From Tubulanus polymorphus (Eukaryota > Animalia > Nemertea): a stretch of DNA of 64,000 nt. The position numbers were made by a program, and so were the translations under genes. Of this stretch, positions 39,507 to 53,170 are shown piece by piece. Position 1 is the stretch's first letter. Each line of letters starts with the position of its first letter. The stretch is taken from contig NC_134031.1 of NCBI RefSeq assembly GCF_964204645.1, forward strand, positions 13,999,807-14,063,806, given 5' to 3'. The notes beneath the pieces are model-generated. The model was given only the letters and a program-made list of their open reading frames with translations, was not told where the DNA came from and searched no databases.

Positions 39507-42231
39507 TTTTTCAGTCGTATGGCTTTTATCAGTCACGTGATTGAATCCAACTCAAGGCCCTCATAAAAATCGCAAAGGTATGCGGGGATGATGCGATTTT
39601 CATCGTGTCATCGTATCATCGCATGCGATCATACGATGACACGATGATCGCAAAGGTGTGCGCCCAGCTTAAAACAAATATCAAGACATTACCTTGAAGC
39701 GTCTTCAAAACTTTGGAACTCTCACGAACTATCTAGATGGTTATCTCTCGACCTCAATAGCTTCAAGACCCATCTCAAAACAACTTTGTTCCATGCAGCA
39801 TACCATTAACTCTCGGAAAGCGAATTGTATTTAACATTTTTTGGCAGAATAAAATTTGATTGAATTTGCAATTCGGGCACATGGCTAATTAGCATATCAA
39901 GGTCATACACCCGATTTGGCAAAACCTTTTTTTCGCGAACCTTGCGCAATTGTCAAGGATGAATTTTCTGTAGAGCAAATAAAAATTCCTCCCAAACACC
40001 AAATCAACTAAAGATTTCATAGAAATCGATCTTGAAATACAATTTTAAATCTTAAAATAAAACCCGGAAGTAAAACAGTAGACGATACCGCGGATTCACG
40101 TGAACACCTGATTTCTGTAAACGAAATGTTGGTTGTGACAAAATTGTTCAGACGGTTTTAGGTGGTAATAAGTACGGAAACGTAACGACCATGGTCGACT
40201 TATTCGATGAAATCAGGCCTATGTGATATCCAAATTTTGACTTTTTTATTCTCCAGACCTCCCTGATATAGAAATAAAAAAGTTTGGTGGTACGAAAGTG
40301 CAATCACAGCGCCGACGGGGACAGAGCCGTGTCAGAGATCGGCGGAGTGAAAATTGAGGTGGACCAACACGAAGAAGTAGGCTATTGCGCTACTTGAATC
40401 ACGAAAACTCCTGGCGCGGCCCCGACGCTTTTCGTTGATTAAGTAATACAAATATCATGCAATGGGTTTTCACAATCTACCGCTGGTATTTACCGGATTT
40501 CAATATCACTCCAAAATTCAAAGAAACCTCGAAATATCGAACCGGAACACTTCCGGTAGATATCCGCGGCTGCCCAACCGGGAAACTTATTTGTTTCAAT
40601 AGATATTGATAGGATCCATCATCTTCACCCGTCAAGGGATTCGAACCCACTAAGCTAAAGCCATGCCAGAATCGGGTCGGGCCAATCACAGCGCTTGTAA
40701 CAAACCACATTAGGCTTCTGTGGAATTTCCCAGTAAATGGGCCAATCAGCGAAAACGTAGCGAACGCGGAAGTATTGTCGCGTGTTGATACATGACGTCA
40801 TGCGCAAAAGCGCCAGTAATGAAATCGCGATAATTCACGTGAACAGCTGCTGATATTTTCAGATAAACCAATCACAGGGAAGACAAAACTTCCTGATTGG
40901 CTGATGAAAATTGAAATTTTCCCGATTTAACTTTCGTGAAAAATGCAGAAAACATTTTTATGAGACCCTATTTCAAAATTCTGCTCGCTACGATTCCGAG
41001 AATGGATTACGCTTAAATACGTGATTTGTTCGAATATGCCCTCACTTGGCAAGCAAAAGAGCCTTTTGTGTGAAAACCATGTCATTTAAATTCGCTCCAT
41101 TTGTATAGTAATAGGCTCAGCCTACGGCTGGCCTAAAAATCGTTTAAATTCACCTAATATTGATATGAATGTTTGATTAATTTATTTTCAAAGGTACACA
41201 GAGAGAGCTCGTCTTTATCGGTGCAATTCCAGATAACAAACTAACTTGCAAGTGTTGCAAATCGCCGGCACTGGTCGAATATAAATGTCCATATTCGATA
41301 TATCTTAAGGAGATCTATAAAGAGTATCAACGACTCGAATATCTCGAAATGCGAGAAGGCCTTATACACCTTAAGAAGTCGCACGGATATTACGCACAAG
41401 TAAAATGCCAATTTGCTTGCTCAAAGCTTGATAAGTGCTACTTCGTAGTGTGGACAGGATTTGTCAAACAACCCATTTTCGTGGAAGAGGTAGAACTTTT
41501 TTCTCACGTCATAACTCTTCGATTTTTATCGAATAAGACAATCTCTAATATGCCAAAAATTAATTTCATTCATTTTTATTTGTAGATTCTGTTTGATCCT
41601 GTGTACTGGGAAAGACAGGTGGAGCATCTCAAGTACTTCTACCAGGAACTAGTGATACTAGTAATTACTGGACGCGAGGGTATCCACTTTTGTCCCTTAT
41701 GCGATAATCCTTGTCTTGAAAGATGGGAGATAGTTTCGACCGATGACAATTCAATCCAATGCATAAACTGTGATCAGTGGTTCCATTGCATTTAATCCCT
41801 TATTTTCTATATCCTCTCACAATAGAAGATTATCCTTACAAAATCTATATCAGCGGTCAACAGAAAAGGCAGGACTGAATGCTCTTGACCGAACCGCACT
41901 AACTCTTACAAACTTAGCATAATAGAGCCGACCGAGGGTAAATAAGACTAACTAAGACCTCCAGGCTATATACCATCACGCAACAGACCTAGGGCAAACT
42001 AAAATAGAACTAGATTCCAAATCTACTTCCGAACTGATTCTACACTCTTAACTTCTATGATCAAAACAACTCATCAATCACAAATAAATCTCGACTGTAT
42101 TTCTATTTCATTTTCCTCATATCTTTTTTTTTGCTTATTCTCTTTTTAACTCTCATTCTCAAGTTCTCTTATCTTCTATTACTCAACATTGAAAATCATC
42201 ATTCTCCGTTAAATTTCAATCTCCGGTCGAA

Positions 42232-43798
42232 AAGATAGTGTATAATCGATTAACCGAATATTGTAACAAGTTTCATATCATTCAACCAAACCAGTTCGGC
42301 TTTCGAAAGAACCATTCAACTGCCATGGCCTTAACATTGATAACTGATGAAATTTCACAAAATTTAGAAGAAAACAAATCAACTATTGGGGTATTCTTAG
42401 ATTTATCAAAAGCCTTTGACACCGTTGATCACGAAATCTTATTAAGAAAATTATGTTTTTATGGAATAAGAGGCATCTCTAACAACTGGTTTGAAGACTA
42501 TTTGAAGAATAGAAAACAATTTGTTCAAATTCAAAATTATAAATCCTCGTTATGTACCGTTAAAACTGGAGTACCCCAAGGCTCAATTTTAGGTCCCTTG
42601 CTTTTTTTATTATATGTAAACGACTGTATTAAATTTTCTAATGTGTTAAAACTTATATTGTTTGCCGATGACACAAATGCCTTTTATAGTGACATTAATT
42701 TAGACAGATTAGTACGTACAGTAAACATTGAATTATCAAAATTGTATACCTGGTTTCAAACAAACAAGATGTCATTAAATGTAAAGAAGACGTCATTTAT
42801 GGTGTTCGGTAAACTATTGAAACATAACTTGAGAATATCAATTAACAATATAGAGATCAAACAAGTCAATGTCACAAATTTTCTTGGAGTTTTTATTGAC
42901 AGAAATCTAACCTGGGACGATCAAATAAAATCAGTTGAAAAAAAAGTTTCTCGAAGCATTGGTATAATAAATAGAGTAAGACATAAGCTGCCAGTGAGTT
43001 CTCTTCGTACCCTTTATTTGTCGCTTATTGATCCTTACCTCCAGTATTGTAACTTAGTTTGGGGACGAAATTTTGAAAATAAACTTCAGCCATTAATTGT
43101 ATTGCAAAAAAGAGCTATCAGGCTAATTTCTAATTCCTATTATTTGGCGCACACTGACCCTTTATTCAAAGCTTTTAATATCCTCAAGCTCAAAGATATT
43201 AATAAACTTCAGCTAGGTACTTTTATCTACAGATCTGTCCACTCCGAATTACCGAAATCATTCGAAAATTATTGGAACCAAAATTTTCAAATCCACAGTC
43301 ACAATACTCGGCGACGTCAAGATTTACAAACACTTTCTTTCAATAGTCTAAGAAGAAAATTTTCAGTAAAAGTATCCGGCCCTTTACTTTGGAATAACAT
43401 CAGTGAAAATCTAAAAAAACATGGAAAATTCTAAACTGTTCCTAAGAAATTATAGAAAGCAACTTTGTGCTTGATTTTATCATACAGTTATTCGAACTAA
43501 AATTATTGTTTTTGGAATATTTCAGAAAATAACTGGCTTATTAAATGATTATATCTTAATCAAGCTGTTATCATAGTTAACTTTGATTGCATTTTGTGTG
43601 TTAAGGGTTGACTGTGAGCATATTATTTTCTTTATTGCATTTCTCTTTTTTCTTTTCTCTTTTGAGGGACCTGTTTTATACAAACTATTCCTTAGTTTCT
43701 ACAGGCCCCTCCAGGTCTAATTTACTGTATTTTGTATTATGCTTTGTACACTATGCTGTAAATTATATTTGAAAAATAAAGTGTTCAAATCAAATCAA
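42232..43798 (+). mobile_element. 5'-truncated CR1/L2-group (Crack/Daphne-like) LINE; RT ORF 42238-43434
   Basis: FLDLSKAFDTVDH, GVPQGSILGP, LFADDT; AATAAA followed by (TCAAA)n tail. Confidence 0.85.
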
Positions 43799-44232
43799 GT
43801 CTACTACCAAGTTGACCCACGACGTTTGACCAAAACATCAGATTCAAGCCTCCGGTTTGCTAGTCAGGCAAACTCACGGCTTTTGACCAAAACGCCAGGC
43901 TTTAGCCTCTCGGTTTGCTGGTCAGGCAAACTCAACGACGATACCCAGAACGTCAGGCTACAAATACATATTTCACAAGCCTACGTGGATCCACTACGAG
44001 AGTAAACTCACGACTTTTGACCAAAACGAAACAGGCTTGGCCTCCGGTTTGCTGGTCAGGCAAACTCAGCGACGATTCCCAGAACGTCAGGCTAAAAAAA
44101 CTTAGAAATTCGCCACATACATTACACACACGCACACTCGGCCAACGTGAAAGAGACACGTCCTGCGGCTTTGAGAACCAAAGCCACACTGAACAACTTC
44201 CGCAGACTCGCAGCGCCGCATGGTGAGAATAG

Positions 44233-45170
44233 GTCGTAGATTTTAACTTCAACACTGTTGGAACAGTTTAAAATCTTTAAAAAAGCACGAAGTTCCGCAT
44301 CGTGGTTCGGTTCTTTAATTCAGGAGCGCAAAGGAAACACCGACCATAGTCAGAGTTGAAGGAATACCTGCGAACTGCCCACATGCAGTCGTTAACAAGG
44401 TATTTGAAACGTATGGAGAAATTATTACAGGTTCATATCACCCGACAATCGGGAAAACAAACTTTCGAAACGGGGAAAAACACGTTCTGGAGATTGTCCG
44501 CAAATCTCCGAAAGCAAGAAACATGACCTTGTCCAGCAAAGCTTATGGATTGTTGCTAATTAGAGCCTACTATACAGGACAGCCAGAACATTGTGCGATC
44601 TGCAATGATTTCAACCACACGTGGGTAACTTGTGCTATTTCGTGTACCCATCCAACGCACGAACCGCATAGATGCCGACAGTTAGAGTATAGGCATCGTA
44701 TTCAACAGCTACAATACAGCCAGCAGAACCCAACACCAGCAGAAGTGCCGACTGGTAACACACCACACCACCGACACCACCAGGAAGCTGCGGAAGATGC
44801 TGGTGAACCAATCAACCTGGCTACAGATTTGTCGTCCGTTCCTGAGGTTCACCCGACGGAGCAGATAATAACCAACAGCAGGAAAACGCCTCCGCCGACA
44901 ACATCCACCGGTACGGCTTCAAAGACGACGAAGAGACCTTCATCGCCGACAGAACCCCCGGCGACACCGACCAAGACGTCAAGAAAGACAGTTGAAGAAG
45001 AAACGAGTGTCGAGAAACCTGTGATCAAGGAAAAAGCTCCACCGAATGAAACGAAAAAGAGAGAAAACAACAGGGTGAATCCGAAACAAAAACCATACTA
45101 GGTAATGTATACCTTCCCCCAAACATTTGTTTAATTTAACATGGCGAATAACGAGAAAATTAGATTTTTT
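44233..45170 (+). pseudogene. Continuation of Keno-like copy 3: rest of ORF1 and first codons of ORF2
   Basis: LLIRAYYTGQPEHCAICNDFNHTWVTC; MANNEKIRF at 45141, then truncated. Confidence 0.88.
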
Positions 45171-48100
45171 GACGCCTTATAAAACGTTACCATCATGAAA
45201 CCAAAACGTTACCATCATGAAACCTAAACAATGTTAACCATTCAGCGTCATTTTACAAACGACAACCGTAAATCGATGTGCAAAACGTCACAGGTCTATG
45301 CGTACACATACAAGCTATTTGGTAAAATATTATTGACAAAGATGTAGAATGGCTTCCTGTGATTATATAATGACCTCTATTTGAACGTCGAAATGTTATA
45401 TTGCATTGAATATCATTAGAAGACGTATTGTTATAGTAAAGGATGTATGATTATATCAGGAGCGGCAGGTATATATAGAAATGATAAGTAAATCGGATTA
45501 ATCGGTTGAATGGCGGATGTATACACGATTTGGAGTTCTGATATAAAAGTCAGACCCTGACATGGGGATTCTGGTGGAATGACGAAGCTATATACGATAT
45601 GTGTAGGGCCGGCGTGAATTTCATCGGCGGCTACAAGCGGTCTATATAAAAACGTGTAAACATATAATTTCAATATTCAAATATTTTAGAAAATATGTTC
45701 GATATTAGGGGTATGCAGGTTTCAAGAGATTAGCAATTTATAATTGCATAGCTAACGCAGTCTCAAATGTTTTGTGACTTTCTCAAAATGTATCAAAAAT
45801 TTAACTAATTTTTAGTTCATAAGTCCTCAAATATTCATAAATGAACAGTTAAAAATTGTTGAAACATGTCGACTCTGCCGTAAAATCAACCTATTAACAG
45901 TCCGGAATTTGGGATAATATCGGGCTTTAGAGAACATAATGCCCCCGAGGTCTTCACATTTACAGAAAAGATTACGTAAGTGATTCACGCGCAGCTCGCG
46001 ATAGGCGCACAATAGAAATCTGAGCCGCGCGTTCTTTGAGTGTCACCAATTAAGAGGACCGCTATTGTGAAAATTGACTGCGGGAGGAATATTCCTCCCA
46101 ATGTCAATCGATGGAAACTTGACCATGGGGTCCGATATTCAAAGAATTGACTTTGGGAGGAATATTCCTCCCAAGGTCAAACGAAGAGAATTTGACCTTC
46201 AGGTCTGATATTCAAAGTATCGACGTCGGGAGGATTGTTCCTCCCTATGTCAAACCATGGACGTATAATCTAGTTTATACGTCCATGGTCAAACGAAGGA
46301 AAATGGACCTGGTCTGATATTCGAAATATTGTCATTTGTCAACTGAAGGAAAACGAACCCGAGTCTTAGATTTAAAGTATATTGATTTAGGGAGGAATTT
46401 TTCCTCCCACCACTAAATGCTGTAACCTGAAATTTTAGAAAGATAGGTGTTTTGGGTGTAATTAGTTTTTTTAAAGCCATAAAGCCGGTAGATTTATGAA
46501 TTTCGAGTGATACGATACACAGTGTTCGAGGTAATGAGACGGTATGAGACATAGGCCTACATACAATTTTAGAAAACTAAATAGATTTTGTATTTTCTTT
46601 GTCTAACAGTAAATTGCTATAACCTTGTTGACAATCAACTGTAATCAGATTGTAATCAGGCCCTTCTCGATAAACATGTAGAGGGGAAATCGTAATTAAA
46701 ACACGTGCATAACATAGAAATTAAGTTCTGATTATACAGGGAATATATTAGGACGGCTTACAAATTTTCAATAGACTGCGATAAATCTAAATAGCTTAAT
46801 AGGGCACGAGTTTAGCTAATTTACGGGTTTAAAGGTTCATTTTCAGAGTCAATGGACGTAATTTGATAAATGCATTCTTTAAATGGAAATCCTATAGTAA
46901 TCGATACAAATCATTTATATTAAGTGTTTTGTGTTAATTAAGAATGGTCATTCAAGGATTAAAGATCGTTATGAAGCTGATACATTTCATTCGTGTGGAT
47001 TCTTCTCTCATCACTAGTGTTAATAGGAGATTCGCGTGTCACGCATGATAAAAAAAAATTATTCGAGTCGTATTTCTTTCATTTACGGTCGCAAATTAGC
47101 CATCGTCCTAGTGAGCATTATTCTCATTTATACGTAAAAGTGTATTCGGTATGAGGGTTTGTTTCTTTCTTCACTCCTTTATATACAATTCAGAAATAGG
47201 AGTTGATAAGGAGGTTTTTACTCCTAACCGAACTCAGTTCCCATTCAGTTCAGTTCAAGTTTATATGCATGGAGATCTATGAAATAAGGGAAAATACAAT
47301 CCAGCCTACTAGCCACTGAACGTTAGCTCCCAGAAAACGTCAGGAATTTGCAGAGAGAAAACATTATGTTACAAAAATACAAAAATATCGGATAAAATTC
47401 ATTCTAAACATGCGTTACTAAGCCCAGAACTCCAGATATCGGGATGTTATGTCTAAGGCAGATTTCTCCCTTTGTGACACAACCATTTAATTACTCATGT
47501 GACCATTATGTTTAAACACCTCTCACAATCAAGCTTAAGATTAAGTGGCCTGCGGTATGAATGATTTAGTATTGATTCATATAGGAAGCATTATAGTCTT
47601 TACATTGAAATTAGTTGATAGAATGCATCTTACTTTTTCTCGACTTAAAAATTATTATTTGATCAACATACCACGGATTCGGAAACTAGTTGATTAAAAG
47701 CACAAACGCATATAGTCGCTATCCTGGTAATTAAATCGACTTAAAAATCGATTGATTGTTATTGAAATGATGAAAGTTGAAAAAGAAAATCAACATTTTT
47801 ATGAGATATATGTTTCGTTGTTCGTGATATTCAGCATACACCAATGTCCAGTAAAATTTAACAATTCAAAGTTACTACAAAACTTGCAAATTCTAATGTT
47901 TATTTAGCGGCAATTTTCCCCCTGCCATTTTTCCAACGTTTATCCAAAGATTGAAATACTTCAATAATACTAAACTAATACTAAAAGTTATCGCACTGGT
48001 AAAATAATATTTCAAATTTCAAACAGTATTTCAAAGATATTTCAAATAAAAAGTTTCAATAATTTATCGCATCGCACAGCAAAATCCGTGAAATACATTT

Positions 48101-50802
48101 TTGATTTACGGGTGCCTCATAGGCCTGTCATCGCTTGTACAATGAATTCTCTTTAATTGAGCAATATTTACTTAGGACTTAATCACTGACTTTCTATAGA
48201 TAATGAGCTATACAAAGCCTAAACCGATAAAATTCAGTGGCTTGTTATTGTCAGCTTGCTTGTATACCAAGCTTCGCTAACATAAACGATGATGTTGCCC
48301 TTTTAACTGAAATCTTGACGTATCAAACCATAAATAAATAAAACTGCAAAAATTGCTTCAATCGTTTTTACGCATGAGGAATCGATCTTGATTTGAAAGG
48401 CACTTGTTGACGTGTGCGGAAAAATTGAAAATTTTCACAGAAATCCTTTAAAACGATTCCTGTTATTTTGGACTTAATTTTGCAATACAAACGAATACAT
48501 ACCAGCGGCAGCAAATCATAAGCTCTTTAATGGGTCTTCTTAAGGGATTTTTACCGGGGAATTTCGACCATTACCGTGTAGACGAGCCGGTAACAAAAAC
48601 CTTTGGAAACAACAAATTATTCGCTTGTATGAATTTACGCCACTTTTGATAGGATTGCCTAATCAAATATTTCAATCATGAAGATGGCGAGTTGACTGAG
48701 CCCGAGGCGCAAGTCGATAGTAGTTATATAAAAACAACAAACATAATGTATTTTCCTTAAAAGTGTTTCATCAATAGAGATTTAATACAACTTGTCAACA
48801 GTTCAATTTCTATAATGCGATGACCTATGTATGAAAATATGTTTTCTGTTTGTTTTACGCGTGATCCAGGGGGATAATACCTTCGCCCAAACGTTCTACA
48901 CACACATGATACAGTTGAATCCGAAATATATCCAGGCCTAGAGTTCATGCTGAAGGATGAAGACTAAGAATATCTTAGCAATATAATTTTTAGAAAGAGA
49001 TTTTTGTCCACTGAAGTTTAGAATAGCACGCCGGACTCTTTGTTAGGATCGACCACAGTTCTATAGTGAATTGATTACAAGTAGTTAATTAAGCAAAACA
49101 AAGTAAATTGTTCATTACAGTGCATTGCTAAGGGTTAATTGTAAAAAAACCCAGAATGTTGGAAAAATGGCCAAGGAAAAATGGCCAGGAAAGAATGGCC
49201 AAGGAAAAAATGGCCAAGGTAATTTGTCTAGGAAAAAATGGCCACGGAAAAAAAGGCCAAGCAAAATTTATGAGAACTACTGCCAATGTTAATAAAACAT
49301 AAAGCTTTCAATATAATGACATCACATATTTTTCCTGGGTCTTAAAACAATTGAAATCGGTATTAATGAGTTCAGAAATGTGATGAACTTACATTTCATT
49401 TCATTGCATCAAGAACTATCATGCAAGTGGTCAATGAATAAACTTACTAGTGATTAACTTAAACTTAATAAAATAACTAAGTCAATAATTCAAAACATCT
49501 AAGTAAAATCCCCTCGGTAAAAATCCCCAATTCTTCAAATTAGGTAATCCCCTCCCTTTGAAGGGATTATAAGTAGATACAATCTTAAGGTCAATTAATT
49601 CGTATTATTGATACACGTATATCCAATTTATTCATATTTTACTGTCGAACACCGTAAGGATATCAATATGCCCATACAAACTATGCTATTTAAATTAAAA
49701 CATACTACAAATTAACCTTTCATTGATACTAAATTAGTACATATACATGTAGTTATTGCACAGCTTAGTGAAGGGGTTCATCGCGCATTTCAAATATATT
49801 ACACTAGCTTGAATCTAAAATATTTAATATCAAAAGTACGTTATTTCTAATAATTCATGGCATCGCACAGCTGAAATTCAAAAATATTCCAGTTCGAATC
49901 TTAAGATATTACAAATAAAAGTTTATTACTCTTATTAATTCTTACAATTTATTTTATCCGTAAGAATTTATCGCAACGAAAGATTTCATTTAAAAGTTCA
50001 AACATATTTCAGTCTCATTGCAAATTCGAGAAACATCGTGCTTTGACATGTTCTTGACAATCACCAAGTATGAATATTTAGGGGATTTTTACCTAGGGTA
50101 TGTTTACCCAGGGTTTAGATTTTTTAGATTTCTACATAGGAAATCTTTACCAGGTGATCTTTTTTGAACGGATGAAGGTATTTTGAAGGAGATATTCTGG
50201 GGGATTTTTAATTGTCATATCTAGCTACAGTAGATACTTTGATTATTCGCTACGTTACTTATTACATATCACACAAATCCGCGTATACGCTAGAATCAAT
50301 ACTGTTAGCAAAAATCACTAAGAATCGCAATTTGCTCATTTTGTAATATTTATGAAATCGTCCAATTTTATTGCAGAGATTCCCCGATATATCACGAGTA
50401 ATGAAACAGATATCACGTTTAAACGTAGATTTTTCTTTTATTTTGAAATCCATAGAGCAAACATTGGAACCTAATGTTATTGAACATAAAGCTCCCAACC
50501 CTCCCTGCATTTATACATCGAGAAATCCAACTCGACTATAATAGGCTTTTTATCATGGTGTAATATAGCTTGTGCAACAGGACGTCACTGATTCATTACG
50601 TTAATTGTGAGGTGTTTATACATAATAGTTTCGTGAACAATTCATATGGTGGGATCATAATCGGGAAAGATCTGCCTTAAAGAATTCATCGCCTTAGGGA
50701 GTTTGAGCTTCTCGATAAAATTCCCCAAAAATAATTCAAAATCGCCCTATCCAATATCTAAAGGCCATTCAAAGCAATATATTTTGTCAATTCTTTTTGA
50801 AT

Positions 50803-52559
50803 AAACCATTTTACAGTTGCTAGCCGCCATTTTGTTAGGGTACTTTTGTCCCGTATTGTTGAGTCATTTTTTTCTCTTTTTAATAAACTATCCGTGATGT
50901 GTGTTGTATCATATTTCATCTGTCCATGGATGGATTTTGACAGTTTCAGCAACATTCAAACCGCGTAAATCTCTAGTTTTCAGTTATGTAAAAATCATTT
51001 TTCAAATTTGCAACAATGCGACATGAGAGAGATATAAAAATTGGCGGTCAGTTTTTGCCGTGCGCATAGAAATCAAGGGTACTAAACTTTGAAGTTCGTT
51101 ATTTTCAGAAATAATTTTCTAAAAAATCCAAGCATTTCAAGAACTGTGCGCATAAATGCCCCCTTTCATGTGAACTTTGAAATTTTAAGATATCTTGCCT
51201 AGTTTTTTTCCTATGGCTCTTTAACTGCAGCGCGTGTATTGTCATTCCGAGATTCGGCGCTGTTTTCTTTGCGTGTATTTCAGTATATGGGTGTTATTTT
51301 TTTCATTTTTACTACACTTGTCTCTACGGAAAATGGTTTTAATTGTTGGTACGAGTATCAGGTTTAAATATTACGGCATTAATACTGTATTCCGTTCTCC
51401 GGCGCTAGTTCGTAATGGCTGTATTGGTAGTCGCTTTTACAGCAGGCAGAGGCTTACGTACATGCACCCAAGAAAACCCAAAATATCACTCTTTTGTTGT
51501 AAATGCAATGCACATACTTCTTGCGTTTTTGTGATGGTAGATGTCACTTTGACTTTTTATCACCTGTGTCTGACATTAGGACTTGATACTTGATATTTCA
51601 CCACCAAAGCAAGAAAACGTTTTCCTATATTTTCTTCCCAATCTAATCAATCTTGTGTGTACTTAATATAAAGTATTCATAGAAAGTAGCTGAATATTTG
51701 CCCCACCCCATTTGTCCTGCTTTTTGACCACTTCTCCATCCGTCTAATTTCAGTAGATTTTTATGTAAATTTATTAATAGACTACTTATTTAGATGGTCA
51801 TCATACTCGATTTTGAGTGTTATATTTCTTTTCTTCTTCCATCTCAATATAGGCCAATATATTCTCTTCCCGCGCGCAACTTCGAATACGTGATCAAAAT
51901 GCCGCTCAGTCTCGCTGCTAAAACTGGACAAAAAACCCTTAAACTCCAACATCTCTAATGTCTTCGATCTATTATATTGCATAAATGACGTAATATTAAA
52001 ACCTGATACTCGTACCAACAATTAAAACCATTTTCCGTAGAGACAAGTGTAGTGAAAATGAAGAAATAACACCCATATACTGAAATACACGCAAAGAAAA
52101 CAGCGCCGAATCTCGGAATGACAATACACGCGCTGCAGTTAAAGAGCCATAGGAAAAAAACTAGGCAAGTTATCTTAAAATTTCAAAGTTCACATGAAAG
52201 AGGGCATTTATGCGCACAGTTCTTGAAATGCTTGGATTTTTCAGAAAATTATTTCTGAAAATAACGAACTTCAAAGTTTAGTACCCTTGATTTCTATGCG
52301 CACGGCAAAAACTGACCGCCAATTTTTATATCGCTCTCACGTCGCATTGTTGCAAATTTAAAAAATGATTTTTACATAACTGAAAACTAGAGATTTATGC
52401 GTTTGAATGTTGCTGAAACTGTCAAAATCCATCCATGGACAGATGAAATATGATACAACACACATCACGGATAGTTTTTAAAAAAGAGAAAAAAATGACC
52501 CAACAATACGGGACAAAAGTACCCTAACAAAATGGCGGCTAGCAACTGTAAAATGGTTT
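50803..52559. mobile_element. Foldback MITE, ~580-bp TIRs, AT on both flanks (ISL2EU-like)
   Basis: AT|AAACCATTTTACAGTTGCTAGCCGCC ... GGCGGCTAGCAACTGTAAAATGGTTT|AT. Confidence 0.85.
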
Positions 52560-52891
52560 ATTTATCCATAATCAATAACATATTCTTAATAGTAATGATT
52601 TTATTATAAGGAATCTGATCTAATATATTTCTAGTTGTAAAACGTAGCTGTCGGATTTACGAGCAATTATCACATTAATGAGATGATCGCTCGTAGGTCG
52701 GATGGATGGACATATTAGTGTGTACCGGTTTACAGTGTCTTAAATCAAAGATTCCATTTGATATCTGTCGTATTTCTATGAAAGAGTACAAACAGAAATA
52801 TAAACCCTATACAGGGTACAAATCAGAAGTTAAAACTGCTAATTTGCAAACATAAAGGGAAAGATTTCTCTCAACAATCATGACCCACATA

Positions 52892-53170
52892 AGCCGCGAT
52901 CACACGGAGACGATTTGGCCCGGGCCAAATTAGCACCGATCAGGCTCGGGCCAAATTTGGTAATTAGAGAGTGCGTTCACACGTAAACCATTCACTCGAT
53001 ACTAAACAATGCTCAAACAAAGCGAAGAGGATCATTTACGGTTGCTAGTTGCAATTCAAACGCAGTCATTTGTCTGGGCCAAACAGGCTCGGGCCCATTG
53101 GCACCCGTGTGAACAGTTGGTCCGGCCCAAATTTGGCCCTGGCCTAAAAAATACACGTGTGATCGCGGCT
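52892..53170. mobile_element. PIF/Harbinger-type MITE, 3-bp TSD ATA
   Basis: 15-bp TIR AGCCGCGATCACACG. Confidence 0.75.

Larger units (their letters stand above)
34122..39669. mobile_element. Autonomous PIF/Harbinger DNA transposon, 5548 bp
   Basis: TIRs GGCCCGGCGCACACCTTTGCGAT / ATCGCAAAGGTGTGCGCCCAGCT; TAA TSD (34119-21, 39670-72); two genes. Confidence 0.93.
33350..41135 (-). mobile_element. Non-autonomous Helentron (HINE)-like element in an intron of the YqaJ pseudogene, itself interrupted by Harbinger
   Basis: One end AAAC-AAGAGCCCCAAGGGGC hairpin, other end AGGCTCAGCCTACGGCTGGCCT-AAAAA; inverted GGCCAGCC subTIRs; A/T-run target; no TSD. Confidence 0.6.
30699..41795 (+). pseudogene. 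ISL2EU-like element remnant: left TIR plus intron-containing SAP-SWIM-YqaJ exonuclease-PHD pseudogene
   Basis: SAP-like KNYLAERGISTQGTKDVLISR; SWIM-like C..GFSKTCN; EYKCPY and HGYYAQVKCQ..CYFVVWT (YqaJ); CPLC..QCINCDQWFHC (PHD); TIR shared with MITE at 50803. Confidence 0.65.
27716..44232. mobile_element. Same family, copy B, in tandem with A and inflated to 16.5 kb by nested insertions
   Basis: Same termini as A; Keno ORF1 resumes in register (EK|VVDFNFN) at 44233; internal ~60-bp repeats at 43825-44095. Confidence 0.7.

Noticed and set aside
49160-49262. GGAAAAATGGCCA short tandem repeats
   Set aside because: Probably a TE subterminal repeat, but no matching opposite end was identified
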